A stretch of 64,000 bases of DNA from Myxococcota bacterium (GCA_965140415.1 OZ223209.1:5568001-5632000), one strand, 5' to 3'. Shown: positions 10,697 through 21,642, counted from the stretch's first letter. A program made the numbers and translations. The notes: generated by a model from the sequence alone, not told the origin.

Positions 10697-11962
10697 ATGC
10701 GAGTAGCATGTTGGGTTGTACTTGTACTTGGACTGCTGTACCCCATGCTCCTGATGGCACAAAGCCAACCGGTGGAACTGAAAGCTCCATGCCGAGTGGT
10801 CTGGGCGCTTCAAGAAGAAATCGATGAAGACGAGCAACCGATGCCGATGACGCCCGGCTTGTGGAAAAGGGAACTCGTTCCGCTGCAATTCAAGTTTTTC
10901 AACAACGCGGAAAACGATCGTTTAGCCAAGCGTTGCCCGTTCAAGGATTTGAAGGCGGGACGCATCTGCCCGGAACTGTCTTCAACGGATGCAGATCTCG
11001 TGATCGTGGGACGCATAACCGCCGAAACGCGCCCGACCGGACCAACCAACCCGGATGTCGGCAGCAAGGTGAATCTGAAATTCAAAGTGTGGCGCATCGA
11101 TAACGGCGAGGAAATCGCGACCATCAAGCAGCCTTCCTACGCCACCGGAGCCAATTCGCTGCGTGCAACGGAGGAAGCCATCCGGCGCGTAGCCAAGCCC
11201 ATCGCCATTCGCTTGTCGAACCTTGTCGCCGTAAAACTGGGCGCTTACCGCGAGGGCGCGATTCACGTACGCGGCTTTTCCTCCAGCGCCCAGCGCGACG
11301 ACCTGTTCACCGGGCTGCGCGTCGTTCCCGATATCGAAACGGTGCGGCAGGAAGAGGAAAAAGCGGACTACACCGTCTTCCGTGTCGGATATCGCAACGT
11401 AACCTGGGGCGGGCTGGTAACGCAGATCAATAACACCCAGGGTTCGGGCTTGCAGGCGCGTATTGCAGGTAACGAACTGGCCGAAGCCACGTACGATCCG
11501 GTGCGCGCCTTTCGTTTGCAAATCGCCGTAACGGAAGCCAGTGACCGCACGGGAGATCCGATCTTCGCCGTCAAGGCGGAGAAATTGCCGGAAACCATCG
11601 AAACGGAACTGACGCGCATCGGTTATCTGACTGCCATCCGCTTTCCGGTGCGACTGGCCCATAACGGCAAAGCGGCGCAGAAAGAAATGAAGCTGCAATA
11701 CGGCGGCGATCTGGTATTGTTGCCGCTATTGGAAGCCAAGGGCGGCGAACTGAGGGTGCAGATCGAGGTGCGCTCCACCTTTTCGGGACGCCTTTTTGTG
11801 CTTCATGAAACGCTACAGGGCAGCGATTTAAGCGGCGCAATACGCAAAGCGGTGGATATGCTGGCAGACAAACTGATTTTAACGCTGGTGGCTCAGCGAA
11901 AACGAATGCCGCGGCTGAAACGCGAACAATTCGAAGCCTGGCGGGCCAGAACCGGCTACTGA
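10697..11962 (+). CDS. Hypothetical exported protein
   Basis: Long ORF, signal peptide, AGGAG RBS; no family recognised. Confidence 0.7.
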   Translation: MRVACWVVLVLGLLYPMLLMAQSQPVELKAPCRVVWALQEEIDEDEQPMPMTPGLWKRELVPLQFKFFNNAENDRLAKRCPFKDLKAGRICPELSSTDADLVIVGRITAETRPTGPTNPDVGSKVNLKFKVWRIDNGEEIATIKQPSYATGANSLRATEEAIRRVAKPIAIRLSNLVAVKLGAYREGAIHVRGFSSSAQRDDLFTGLRVVPDIETVRQEEEKADYTVFRVGYRNVTWGGLVTQINNTQGSGLQARIAGNELAEATYDPVRAFRLQIAVTEASDRTGDPIFAVKAEKLPETIETELTRIGYLTAIRFPVRLAHNGKAAQKEMKLQYGGDLVLLPLLEAKGGELRVQIEVRSTFSGRLFVLHETLQGSDLSGAIRKAVDMLADKLILTLVAQRKRMPRLKREQFEAWRARTGY

Positions 11963-11989
11963 TTTCATACGGAGGCGGCGGTAGGTATT

Positions 11990-12577
11990 ATGCTCTATTT
12001 TCCCAATCATGCCGGATGGATCGAGGTGATCATCGGCTCGATGTTCAGTGGCAAGACCACCGAACTGATGCGACGCATCGACCGGATGCGGCGCGCCGGA
12101 CGTCAGGTGCAGGTCTTTTCGCGCGATAAGCGCTTTCAGGAAAACGCCATCGTTTCGCACGACAAGCGCTCCGAAAACGCCACCTATGCGGAAACCGCCG
12201 AAGACATCCGAAAACGGTTGAGCTGGAAAACCGAGATCATCGGCATCGATGAAGGCCAGTTCTACGACGAAGACCTGGTGAGCTTCTGCCGCTGTATGGC
12301 GCTGGAGCAAAAGGTTGTGATCGTCGCCGGGCTGGATCAGGACTTCCGCACCGAACCCTTCAACACCATGCTGCGTCTGGTGGCCGAGGCTGAAAGCGTC
12401 ACCAAGTTAAACGCCGTGTGCAGCCGCTGCGGCAATCCCGCCATTCGCAATCATCGCAAAACCGATTCCAACGAACGCATCGTCATCGGCGCATCGGAAG
12501 CCTATCAGGCGCTCTGCCGCGACTGCTACGAAAAAGCGCTGCGCGAAGGCAAACAGGAAGAACTGTTCCGACACTGA
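11990..12577 (+). CDS. tdk: Thymidine kinase
   Basis: GSMFSGKTTEL, IGIDEGQF, VAGLDQDFR, Zn-binding CSRC...CRDC. Confidence 0.95.
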   Translation: MLYFPNHAGWIEVIIGSMFSGKTTELMRRIDRMRRAGRQVQVFSRDKRFQENAIVSHDKRSENATYAETAEDIRKRLSWKTEIIGIDEGQFYDEDLVSFCRCMALEQKVVIVAGLDQDFRTEPFNTMLRLVAEAESVTKLNAVCSRCGNPAIRNHRKTDSNERIVIGASEAYQALCRDCYEKALREGKQEELFRH

Positions 12578-12676
12578 AACCTGTCGCAATCCCTGTGTAT
12601 CCAGTCGAAAAAACACTAGAATACAAGCCGTAATCATGATACAACCCTCCTTTACCGATAGGAGGTACCTGGTTCG

Positions 12677-13720
12677 ATGAAGCGTTTGTCCATACTTTTC
12701 CCCGCCGTGGTATTGGCGGCATTGCTGTTTAGTCTGGTCTCGGTATTGTGGCCGTTGCCGGAATCCGTTTCCGCCGATCAGTGGAAAAGCGTGGAAGCTT
12801 TTATACAGGAGCAGAACGGGTCCGGCGATTTGGTAATCGTGCATCCCGTCTGGGAAGACAGTGCGCTTTCGCATTTCAAAAGTAATTTCCTGATTTTAGG
12901 CAAACCGAATACGGAAAGCTACAAGCTGTATCCGCGCGTCTGGGTGGTTTTGACGCACGGAGCGGGCGTTCCCGGCTATCTTTCCGACGAGCTACGCCGG
13001 GACGTCGACGAACGACTCGGCGACATCCGCCTGCTGCGCTACGTGCAGCGCGACGCAGATCGGATCCTGTACGATTTCTACTCCCACGTTCCCGATGCCA
13101 AGGTGGAAATTCAAAAGGGCAACGATGTACGCGCCTGCGAGGAATTCCGTATCATGCGCTGGTGGTGTCCGGTGCGCGACTGGAACCACATGGGACAACG
13201 TTCCGCTCTGATTCAGAAAAAGTGGCAGTCCTGCATCTGGATGCACCCGCTTAAAGACTGGACCACGCGTGCGCGCTACGACGACGTGCTGCTGGGTAAA
13301 CGCCTTGTCGGTGAATTCGCTATGACCGACGAAGCCGCCGAGTTGAAAAACGGTGCGCCGATCACGCTGCGGATTCTGATCGGTAAGCGCGAAATGGCTC
13401 GACTGACGACACAACGTGCCTATGGCTGGCAGCCCTTTGAAATCGATACACGAAAGCTGGAAGGTACGCGCCAGCCGATCACCTTCGAAGTCACCGCCAA
13501 ACACGACGGTCTGCGGCACTTCTGCTTCCGGATTCAGTCCCGCTCGGATGAGTTGGGCGCAGAACGCTTCAATATGCCGGAAGCCTTCGTTCCTTTGGAA
13601 GATGATAAAAAGGCAAGGGATCGCAAGGCGCGGGAAGAGCGGAGGAAAAACCGCGAAGCCGAGCGCAAGCAGCGCGAGAAAAAAGAAAAAGAGAAGGAAA
13701 AGAACAGGAAAGACAAATAA
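12677..13720 (+). CDS. Hypothetical membrane-anchored protein with K/E/R-rich tail
   Basis: GGAGG RBS, N-terminal TM helix, charged C-terminal tail. Confidence 0.7.
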   Translation: MKRLSILFPAVVLAALLFSLVSVLWPLPESVSADQWKSVEAFIQEQNGSGDLVIVHPVWEDSALSHFKSNFLILGKPNTESYKLYPRVWVVLTHGAGVPGYLSDELRRDVDERLGDIRLLRYVQRDADRILYDFYSHVPDAKVEIQKGNDVRACEEFRIMRWWCPVRDWNHMGQRSALIQKKWQSCIWMHPLKDWTTRARYDDVLLGKRLVGEFAMTDEAAELKNGAPITLRILIGKREMARLTTQRAYGWQPFEIDTRKLEGTRQPITFEVTAKHDGLRHFCFRIQSRSDELGAERFNMPEAFVPLEDDKKARDRKAREERRKNREAERKQREKKEKEKEKNRKDK

Positions 13721-13738
13721 TCTCGGAATGTCTGTTGA

Positions 13739-13766
13739 CTTGTAACAGCGAGGCGTAAGCCCTCCG
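13739..13766 (+). repeat. Degenerate copy of REP-like hairpin family C
   Basis: CTTGTAACAGCGAGGCGTAAGCCCTCCG resembles the reverse complement of 38609/52282. Confidence 0.55.
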
Positions 13767-13795
13767 AGAAAGAGCCAATATAAAAGGAACAACGG

Positions 13796-16210
13796 GTGAA
13801 GGATCCGAAGTACAACCAAGACGAACCTATCGATGAATCCGGTGTAACGGAAATGCCGGAACCTCGCGATGTCTTCGCCGAGGACAAACTGGATTTCGCG
13901 CCATGGGATGGCGTGAACACTCCCGAAGATCTGGACCCGCAGCAACCACCCGAGTTCGAATCGCTACCGAACCTGTCCTCCGAGGACAAGCCCGAGCCGG
14001 TGGATCTGCCCCCGCTGGAAAAAACGGAAACAACCGAAGCTCCTATCGAGGCGACTCGAACGCCCGCGCCCGAATTTCATCCGATCGGCGAAGATGGGAA
14101 CAAGCCCCTGCCCTTGACCGAGCAGCCCGGCTCGCCCTTTGAACTCGTCACGAATGAAGATACGGAGAAGTTGGAACTGACGTCGGCGGATACCGACTCG
14201 CTGGATCGACCACGTTTCGACTACGGTTCACGCCCCGAATTACCGGCGCCCTCGGCTTCGTTGCGGGAGGCTTTCCCGGCAGGCATTTATAAACACCCTA
14301 AAACCCCGGAAAAGAGCAAGGGGCAGTTTATCATCGGATTGCTGCTCCTGCTGTTCTGCGGTGCGACATTGATCCTGACACAGGACGATATGGGCCTGAC
14401 CGACGACGACGACTTCTACATCCCGGCATCCATCGACTACATCAAGTGGGTGGAGAAGGCCGTCAAAAAAGGCGTTACCGGCGATTTCAGCCAGTTTAAA
14501 AGCGCAGCGATCGACCGCCACTGGGGCAATAACCACGAGCATCCCGCCGTCGCCAAACTGGTCATGGGCGCAGGCTGGTTGATTTTCCACAAGTATACCG
14601 GCCTGATGGGTCAGAACGACGCCGCCCGCATGGGTGTAATTGCTCTGGCGCTATTGCTCTTTTACCTGGTCTATCGCATGAGCTGGCAGATCTTCGGTCC
14701 TCGTGCGGCAGTCTTTTCGGTGCTGGCATTATTGACGATGCCGCGCACCTTCTACCACATGCACGTCCCGACCTTGGACATCCCGACCACGGCGACCTTG
14801 TTTCTGGTTGTTTACGCCGCCTGGCGCGCCGAAACCAGCCGCCGCTGGGTCATTCTGACCGGCATTTTCTACGGTGTGGCAATGTGCACCAAGCTCAACG
14901 GACCTTTCGTGGTCTTTCCGCTTGTGCTGTACTGGCTGTATCGCTGGCGGCAGTCGGTGGTGCTTCAAGCAGCAGCTACGCTACGATTTGGACGCATGTT
15001 CAAAACCGGTCTGTCCATGGCATTGCTCTCCTTCCCGGTGTTTCTGGCGCTGTGGCCCTGGCTGTGGCATCATCCCATCGACCGGCTGGAAGGCTATTTC
15101 CGCTTTCATTTCCACCACTACGGCATCCGCCTGCTCTATTTCGGCGATGTCTACCTGGACCCCTTCGCCCCCTGGCACGCTCCTTTCGTCTATACCGGGT
15201 TGACGATCCCCCTGGTGCTGCTGGTGTTGGGACTGGCGGGTTTATGGGTGGGTCTGAAACAGCTTACTCCCAGTCATATCGACCACTTCCCCAAAGGACC
15301 GGGAGCGCGTGAAGATTATGCGCTGCTATTGGCCTTTAACGTTCTCTTTGCCATTTCCATTGTCGCCTTCCCCAATAATCCCAAGTACGGCGGCGTGAAA
15401 TTATGGCAGCCGCTCTTTCCCTTCTTTGCGATGCTGGCCGGTTTCGGCTTTGAGCTGCTGCTGCAACGCATCAAGGAATTGTGGCCGCGCCTGAACCTGA
15501 CCAAACCACTGCTTGCGGCTTTATTGGGACTACTGCTGTTAAGCCCCGGAGCGCTGGGCATGATGCGCGTCTATCCCTATATGCTGAGCTATTTCAACAG
15601 CTTGGCTGGTGGCCCGCAGGGTGCGGCGGAAATGGGGATGGAACGGCAGTATTACGATTTGTGCTATCGCTCCATGATCGAGTGGTGGAACAAGCAGGGC
15701 GAAGATGGTCAGACCGTGACCTACGAACCCAATAACATCGAATACCAGCGCACCTATCCCTGGTATGCACGCGATGGAAAACTGAAAAAGCGGGTCCGCG
15801 TTACCGACATGAAAAACGCGGATTTCCTGATTCTGACCCACGAACGCCGCTGGAGTCATTACCAGGAACTGTTGAACGTCTACCGTTTCCAGCCGGAACT
15901 GCACACGGAAAAGGTTTGGGGAGTGCCGCTGTACACCATTTACGACGTACGCGAACTGAACAAACGCCAAAAGAAAGCCAAGCCAAAGCCTAAAAGCAGA
16001 AAATCGGGTAAACGTGGAGCGGCAAAACCTACCGTGCAGCCATTGCGCGTACAGAAAAAAGCCGACAAGCTGGGTAAGCCCGTAACCAATCCACGCCCCA
16101 AAGCCAAAACAGAACCCTCTAAAAAGGTCAGGCCGAAAAAGCCTTCAAAAACGCCTCGTTCGAACAAAGCAAAAACGACGTCGAAGAGTCGAACTCAAGA
16201 GAAACGCTGA
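13796..16210 (+). CDS. ArnT/PMT-like (GT-C fold) membrane glycosyltransferase with acidic N-terminus and Lys-rich C-terminal tail
   Basis: TM1 followed by DDDDFY, NHEHP motif, about 11-13 hydrophobic helices, HPYxLSYFN-like (YPYMLSYFN) segment. Confidence 0.8.
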   Translation: MKDPKYNQDEPIDESGVTEMPEPRDVFAEDKLDFAPWDGVNTPEDLDPQQPPEFESLPNLSSEDKPEPVDLPPLEKTETTEAPIEATRTPAPEFHPIGEDGNKPLPLTEQPGSPFELVTNEDTEKLELTSADTDSLDRPRFDYGSRPELPAPSASLREAFPAGIYKHPKTPEKSKGQFIIGLLLLLFCGATLILTQDDMGLTDDDDFYIPASIDYIKWVEKAVKKGVTGDFSQFKSAAIDRHWGNNHEHPAVAKLVMGAGWLIFHKYTGLMGQNDAARMGVIALALLLFYLVYRMSWQIFGPRAAVFSVLALLTMPRTFYHMHVPTLDIPTTATLFLVVYAAWRAETSRRWVILTGIFYGVAMCTKLNGPFVVFPLVLYWLYRWRQSVVLQAAATLRFGRMFKTGLSMALLSFPVFLALWPWLWHHPIDRLEGYFRFHFHHYGIRLLYFGDVYLDPFAPWHAPFVYTGLTIPLVLLVLGLAGLWVGLKQLTPSHIDHFPKGPGAREDYALLLAFNVLFAISIVAFPNNPKYGGVKLWQPLFPFFAMLAGFGFELLLQRIKELWPRLNLTKPLLAALLGLLLLSPGALGMMRVYPYMLSYFNSLAGGPQGAAEMGMERQYYDLCYRSMIEWWNKQGEDGQTVTYEPNNIEYQRTYPWYARDGKLKKRVRVTDMKNADFLILTHERRWSHYQELLNVYRFQPELHTEKVWGVPLYTIYDVRELNKRQKKAKPKPKSRKSGKRGAAKPTVQPLRVQKKADKLGKPVTNPRPKAKTEPSKKVRPKKPSKTPRSNKAKTTSKSRTQEKR

Positions 16211-18354
16211 TGAATCGTCATTCCGCCGGAATTTTCACTGGGGGGATGGACTTCTTCGGTCGTGGCGTCCATTCGCTTGGCTGGCTTTTATTTTCCTTTC
16301 TGATAGTAACGGGTTGCGAATCGAAACAGGAAGAAGCCAAACCCTCGCCCACCGCACCGCCTGCCATCGAATCCGAGCAGATTCAGGATGATCGTTGCAC
16401 GGAAACCCATACCCGCTGCCGGGATATCCGCAACCTTGAAAGCTGCCGCAATGGAAAGTGGGAACCACAAACGACCTGCGGTTTGTACCAGCCCTGTTTC
16501 ATGCAGGACGGCAAACTCGCACAGTGCACCGAGTTGGATTTTACAACTGTTTCCGATCTTCGCTTCTCGCCCGGTTCCAAGGAACTGCAAAACCGGACCT
16601 CATTCTTCAATGAGCTTCAGCAGGACCCCTATTGCCGCCTGTTGCGTTCCGCCATACAGACCACAGCGCGTCCCCTGGCGGATGTTCAGGCCCTGGCTGT
16701 GCCGGAAAGCGAGCAAAAAAGGGTTGCATTCTGTACACTTAGCTGGATAGCCGATCAGGTTCGGACATTAGTGAATGAACATCCGGAAGACTGGCCCGGC
16801 CTGGAAGAAAGCGAACTTACGTTTTCTGAGGAGGCAGAAGCACTGCGCATCGAGTGGCGCTACGTCAATGCCGAGCAATCGGGAATCTTACCCAGTTCGG
16901 ATCTCAAGATCGCCATTGCAACGACGAGCAACCTGCAAGTTCCCAAACCACCGGATGTCTGGATCGCCGCCGAAGAGATCGGCCTGTATTTCTCGATACA
17001 TCTAAACACCCGTGGACCGTCCTGGCGGCAAGCGCGCAAGCTATTGGACAAGTTAAAGCGAGATCTGGAAAAGGGACTGTCGCTCTTTTATCTGACCTCA
17101 CGCTTCGTGAATCCTCCCGAGGTATTCCACAACAGCAAGGTGCAGCGACAACTGAAAAGTGTCCTTCCCAAGAAAAGCGGCTTGTCGAATTTCCGATGTA
17201 ATGCGGAGTGTGAACGGGCCTTGACGGCGCTTGCACCACGCTTGCAAAGCTGGAAACGGAAAGACCGCGCCGAAATCGAGTGGCACTTAAGCAAAGAAGA
17301 GCAACGCTTGCTTGAGCAGGCCGCCCCGGCCTGGGTGCAACTTGCCATACTGGAAACACTCAGTTTCGACGGTCGGCAGACTCCCGCTCTGGCTCCGGGC
17401 TGGCGCTTGGGACCGGATCGAGTGATTCAATTGCTCAACCACTCCCTATCCTCGTCCGACTATGCCAATACCCTTTTCGCCTTGCTGACCAAACTGCCCA
17501 ATGTCAATCCAGGTTACTGGACCGGCTTTCGTTTCGCCGAAGCGGAATCGTTGCGCAAGCTGGCGAAACCTCTATTGAAAAATCCCGGCTCTAAACTCGC
17601 CTCGCGTTTTCTGCCGATCTGGGTCAAGCACGATCAGCGCGCAGCCGCAACGATGCTTCGTAAAGCACTACGGCGCAGTAAAAAGCGATCCGACAAACTT
17701 CTGCTGTTGGAATGGATCGCCACCCTTGGAGGCGAAGAGAATGCGGCCTATTGCATGAAGCAGTTGACATCCGGGCTGGCGGGGAGCAAATCGCTACGGT
17801 TGCTGGTTCAACGCGATCCGGCGTTCTGGGACAAGGCCCTGGTGCAGCTTTCGAACTGGTTGCCGCGCCTGAATCCGGAAGGACAGGCGGCGCTACTGGA
17901 AGAATTATTGCGGCTGAACTGGGAGCGCATCAAGCAAACCGAGAAACTCACACCGTTACTGAAGAAACTGCAAAAGAATACTCGTCATTTCGGAGTGTAC
18001 GCCAATACCACTCACCTATTGGGATTGTATGCGTCTCCCGCCTGGATCTGGCCCGAACGCCCAAAGGAAGTCGATGCTTTTCTGCTGGGACCGCGTGGAC
18101 CGCAGGAAGAGGAATTACTGGCCCAGGCCGTCAAGAATCTGGCTAAATTGGATCGACTGAACACGCTTTCCCTGTTTCGATATGCGCAGGAGTTGCCGCC
18201 TTTCCGTGCGAATCGGCTGGCGCGTTTATTGGGACAACTGGCCATACGTTCCAAAATCGTCAAAAAAGAAAGTCGCCGTGTAGCGCGATTGACCGAAACT
18301 GCTGAAATTGCAGCGTTTGCAAAGCGCGTACTCAAACTGGGTAAGAAACGGTAG
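16210..18354 (+). CDS. Hypothetical lipoprotein, helical C-terminal part
   Basis: TGATG coupling to the upstream gene; lipobox VTGC; small Cys module. Confidence 0.7.
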   Translation: MNRHSAGIFTGGMDFFGRGVHSLGWLLFSFLIVTGCESKQEEAKPSPTAPPAIESEQIQDDRCTETHTRCRDIRNLESCRNGKWEPQTTCGLYQPCFMQDGKLAQCTELDFTTVSDLRFSPGSKELQNRTSFFNELQQDPYCRLLRSAIQTTARPLADVQALAVPESEQKRVAFCTLSWIADQVRTLVNEHPEDWPGLEESELTFSEEAEALRIEWRYVNAEQSGILPSSDLKIAIATTSNLQVPKPPDVWIAAEEIGLYFSIHLNTRGPSWRQARKLLDKLKRDLEKGLSLFYLTSRFVNPPEVFHNSKVQRQLKSVLPKKSGLSNFRCNAECERALTALAPRLQSWKRKDRAEIEWHLSKEEQRLLEQAAPAWVQLAILETLSFDGRQTPALAPGWRLGPDRVIQLLNHSLSSSDYANTLFALLTKLPNVNPGYWTGFRFAEAESLRKLAKPLLKNPGSKLASRFLPIWVKHDQRAAATMLRKALRRSKKRSDKLLLLEWIATLGGEENAAYCMKQLTSGLAGSKSLRLLVQRDPAFWDKALVQLSNWLPRLNPEGQAALLEELLRLNWERIKQTEKLTPLLKKLQKNTRHFGVYANTTHLLGLYASPAWIWPERPKEVDAFLLGPRGPQEEELLAQAVKNLAKLDRLNTLSLFRYAQELPPFRANRLARLLGQLAIRSKIVKKESRRVARLTETAEIAAFAKRVLKLGKKR

Positions 18355-18422
18355 TTATCAAATACGAATCCATCCTCTCGGCACGAATTCTGAGCATCTT
18401 TTCAGAAAAATCTACAGATATC

Positions 18423-18450
18423 TTGACTTTATATGTACTTTTCTTAAACT
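18423..18450 (+). promoter_or_regulatory. Candidate sigma70 promoter
   Basis: TTGACT-N16-TAAACT about 50 nt upstream of ATG 18501. Confidence 0.5.
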
Positions 18451-18500
18451 AGCCAAAAGCACGTTTCGTTAAAACATTCCAAAACACGGCAGGGGTCTCG

Positions 18501-19331
18501 ATGAAGTCTTTCATGTTTGCACTCCTAATATGCTTGATGTCCGCTTCCGTTCATGCGGAAACTGAACCAAGCGTGATGGTCTGGCAACTCGAAGCCGGTA
18601 GCGGCGTCGATCAAGCCTCGATTACGACCATTTCCGGCTTTATCACCGGACATGTACAGCAACATTTCAAAGGAGAAGTCATCTCCGAGGCGGACATCAA
18701 AACCATCCTGAAAGGGGAAGAGAGTCGAAACCGCTGCGGCGTACAGGATACCTCCTGCATTGCGGAAATCGGGGCCGCACTGGGAACCGTGGAAGCAATC
18801 TCCGGTGACTTGGGACATATCGGCGACTATTGGATCATCAACCTGCGTCGTATCGACGTCCGACAGGCGCGGATCGTGGATAGAGTCACACGAAATATCA
18901 AGGGGGATATCAACGCCTTGATCGAGGCCATCCCAGCAGCAGTGAAAGAGCTACTCTCCAAAGCATCCTTGTACACTAAAAAACCAATTGCTCCCTCGGA
19001 GCGCTTTTCATTACTCTATGCAACGAAACCTCAATTGAGCGTGATGGAAAAAGCCGGTTGGGGTCTGTTCGGTAGCGGAGCCATTCTGGTTATTGCCGGA
19101 GGCATGTTCAAATTGATCGCCAACGACAAGCGCAAGACCGAATATAACAACGATGTAGAAAATGCCGACATTGCTTCGACGGTGGTCTTTTCACTGGGAG
19201 GCGCTTCGTTGGCGGCGGGAATTTCTCTACTGATTGCGGATGCCTTGCTACCTGCTGACTCGCAGGCGAGTTTGCCTCTGATCCAGATGAGCCCCAACCG
19301 GGTGGAAGTGGTTTGGAGGGCGTCATGGTGA
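18501..19331 (+). CDS. Hypothetical exported protein with C-terminal hydrophobic segments
   Basis: Signal peptide; C..CIAEIG.ALG motif typical of myxobacterial exported proteins. Confidence 0.7.
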   Translation: MKSFMFALLICLMSASVHAETEPSVMVWQLEAGSGVDQASITTISGFITGHVQQHFKGEVISEADIKTILKGEESRNRCGVQDTSCIAEIGAALGTVEAISGDLGHIGDYWIINLRRIDVRQARIVDRVTRNIKGDINALIEAIPAAVKELLSKASLYTKKPIAPSERFSLLYATKPQLSVMEKAGWGLFGSGAILVIAGGMFKLIANDKRKTEYNNDVENADIASTVVFSLGGASLAAGISLLIADALLPADSQASLPLIQMSPNRVEVVWRASW

Positions 19332-20101
19332 AAACGCACGAATCCCACAGCGCTTCAGCCGAAACCAAACCATTGGTTTTTATTGTTATTTTTGCTATGT
19401 TACTCGGATTGATATCCGCTTGCAGCACCGCCTACACAGCCCCGCCCGTGCGCACCATGCACTACGGCTCACCAGGACGCTTGAAAGCCAAGCAAGTCGA
19501 AATCGGCGGAGCTTATATGGTTTCTCCAGACTACTACAACAACACCGACGATGCCCAGCACGGAGCCGGGGGGAACATCGCTTATGGATTGGAAGACTGG
19601 ATACAGTTGGAACTCGGTGCGGATGGCGCACCGGATGGCTGGGGCATGGGATTTCTCGGCGCGCGCTTTTCGCCTCTTCCGGCTCGCTGGCAGGACAGTC
19701 CATACAAACTGCTGACCGATTTCGAACTGGGAGTTGGCGTCGGAGCGGGAGGGGTCGACTGCCCTGCCGGTTCCAGTAACTGCAACAGCTGGAAACGGGC
19801 GGCAGGAGGAATGTATGTCGGATATGGATTAGGTGTTGGAATTCACTTTTTCGATATCTTTATTCGAGAGCGTTTCCAGGTGTCAGGAGCGGAAGATCTT
19901 CCAACCAGCATGTGGCATAGCGCCTTGTTCGGGTTGCAGGGCAACATTCTGCAATGGGCCAAAATCTACCTCGGTGCGGGTCACGGATTCTACTACAACG
20001 GAAAAAACCAGAGTGAAAGCAAAGATGACCCTGCCTTTCACAACCACGGCGGATTTTTTATCGAAACGGGTGTAGCGGTTACGATTCCGCTGGAACCTTG
20101 A
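19325..20101 (+). CDS. Hypothetical lipoprotein, possible outer-membrane beta-barrel
   Basis: GGAGGG RBS, lipobox ISAC, Gly/aromatic amphipathic strands. Confidence 0.65.
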   Translation: MVKTHESHSASAETKPLVFIVIFAMLLGLISACSTAYTAPPVRTMHYGSPGRLKAKQVEIGGAYMVSPDYYNNTDDAQHGAGGNIAYGLEDWIQLELGADGAPDGWGMGFLGARFSPLPARWQDSPYKLLTDFELGVGVGAGGVDCPAGSSNCNSWKRAAGGMYVGYGLGVGIHFFDIFIRERFQVSGAEDLPTSMWHSALFGLQGNILQWAKIYLGAGHGFYYNGKNQSESKDDPAFHNHGGFFIETGVAVTIPLEP

Positions 20102-20167
20102 CCCCGATATTCATCACCCGTATCACCTTGCGCTTCCCCACCTTTCCTCATTGATACAAAAAAAGGA

Positions 20168-20196
20168 TTGCAACTGGTTGGAAAGATTAATATAAT
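20168..20196 (+). promoter_or_regulatory. Candidate sigma70 promoter
   Basis: TTGCAA-N17-TATAAT upstream of the Cys-rich lipoprotein. Confidence 0.65.
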
Positions 20197-20271
20197 GATA
20201 GCCGGACTCGCCATGTGATCAACTCATGTGTGTAATCGTGGTACGATTAACAAACCCAGAAAGGGAGGTTT

Positions 20272-21642
20272 GTGATGAAGCTGGGCTTGAGTGTCGTAGT
20301 TTGGACAATGCTGTTGTCGTTGCTTCTCGTCGGATGCGGCGAAGATTCTGGCGAGGATGATACCAATGGCGATGGCGCTTTCGGTACCGCCTGTTCGATC
20401 AATACCGATTGTGGTTCCGGTTTATGCGCCGTGTTGGGAGCGGGAAACTTCTGTAGCAGCACCTGTGGTTCCGATGCGGACTGCCCCGGTGATGCCTGCT
20501 GCGATACGACAATGTCGTATTGTATGCTACCTGTCATGTGCGACAGCAGCTCTACAGACGGAGACCAGGACAATGTTACAAATCTGTGCACGCAGGATGA
20601 GTATCGCTGCAACGGCGACGATCTACAGCGCTGCAACGCCAACCACGATTGGGAACTGTATCGCGACTGCGCCGAGGAAGGCAAAGTCTGCCAGACCGAT
20701 CAGTGCGTAACCGCCGATGGCGATGGCACCGTCGATGGCGATGGCCTGCCGGTGATCTGCGAAGCGGGTCTGCGTCGCTGCAAAAGCGATTCGGAAGATG
20801 AAATCGTACAACGTTGCAACCTGGAAGGCACGGCCTGGGAAGAATATCTCGTTTGCGATGATGGCGATGAATGCGAAGACGGCCAGTGCGTCGATCATGG
20901 CGAAGCCTGCACCACCGCTGAAGGCTGCACCAATGCGGAGCAATACTGCCTGCCTTCCACCATCGGTGGAACAGCCGGCTATTGCCAGCCTTACTGCGAC
21001 GCCGGTGGCACCTGCCCGCGCGGCTGGGAATGCGACCATGGCGAATGTCAGCCGGTAGACGGCTACTGCAAAAGCGACCACGACTGCGAGATGGACGAAT
21101 TCTGCGACAAGCTGCCCACCGCCGACGATGGCCGCTGCGCCCGCTTCTGCGACTTGCAAGGCGAAAACTGCCCCGTTCTGTACCACTGCGTAGATAACCC
21201 CAGCGATCTCAACTACGGACGTTGCCTGCTCGACGACTCCAGTTGCAGCCAATGCAGCTACGACGGCGAATGCGCCACCGGCATGTATTGCGAACTGGTA
21301 GCCGGTCAAAACGTCGGCTGCTGCCGTCCGCAGTGTAGCGCCAGCAACCCCTGCCCCGGCGCCTTGGTCTGCAACAACGAAGGCCGTTGTGTCGTCGGCA
21401 CCGGACAAGGCGACTGTGGCGGTCAGTGCCCGCCGGGTTACGTCTGCGATCCGAACTTCGATCAGTGCGTACTTAACTGTCCGGCCTGCGGCGAAAACCA
21501 ATGCTGCGACGCCACCAGCGCTCCCAACTGCTACACCTGCGCCTGCCAGAACCCAGCGGTTTGCGGCGTGTTGCTACCACCCTGCTGCTTCGGCTATAAC
21601 TGCTCGGCGATTATTTACGGTGCGATCGGCTACTGCATCTAA
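20272..21642 (+). CDS. Very Cys-rich lipoprotein (about 65 Cys)
   Basis: Lipobox LVGC; repeated CxxDxxC..C modules; GGGAGG RBS. Confidence 0.85.
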   Translation: MMKLGLSVVVWTMLLSLLLVGCGEDSGEDDTNGDGAFGTACSINTDCGSGLCAVLGAGNFCSSTCGSDADCPGDACCDTTMSYCMLPVMCDSSSTDGDQDNVTNLCTQDEYRCNGDDLQRCNANHDWELYRDCAEEGKVCQTDQCVTADGDGTVDGDGLPVICEAGLRRCKSDSEDEIVQRCNLEGTAWEEYLVCDDGDECEDGQCVDHGEACTTAEGCTNAEQYCLPSTIGGTAGYCQPYCDAGGTCPRGWECDHGECQPVDGYCKSDHDCEMDEFCDKLPTADDGRCARFCDLQGENCPVLYHCVDNPSDLNYGRCLLDDSSCSQCSYDGECATGMYCELVAGQNVGCCRPQCSASNPCPGALVCNNEGRCVVGTGQGDCGGQCPPGYVCDPNFDQCVLNCPACGENQCCDATSAPNCYTCACQNPAVCGVLLPPCCFGYNCSAIIYGAIGYCI

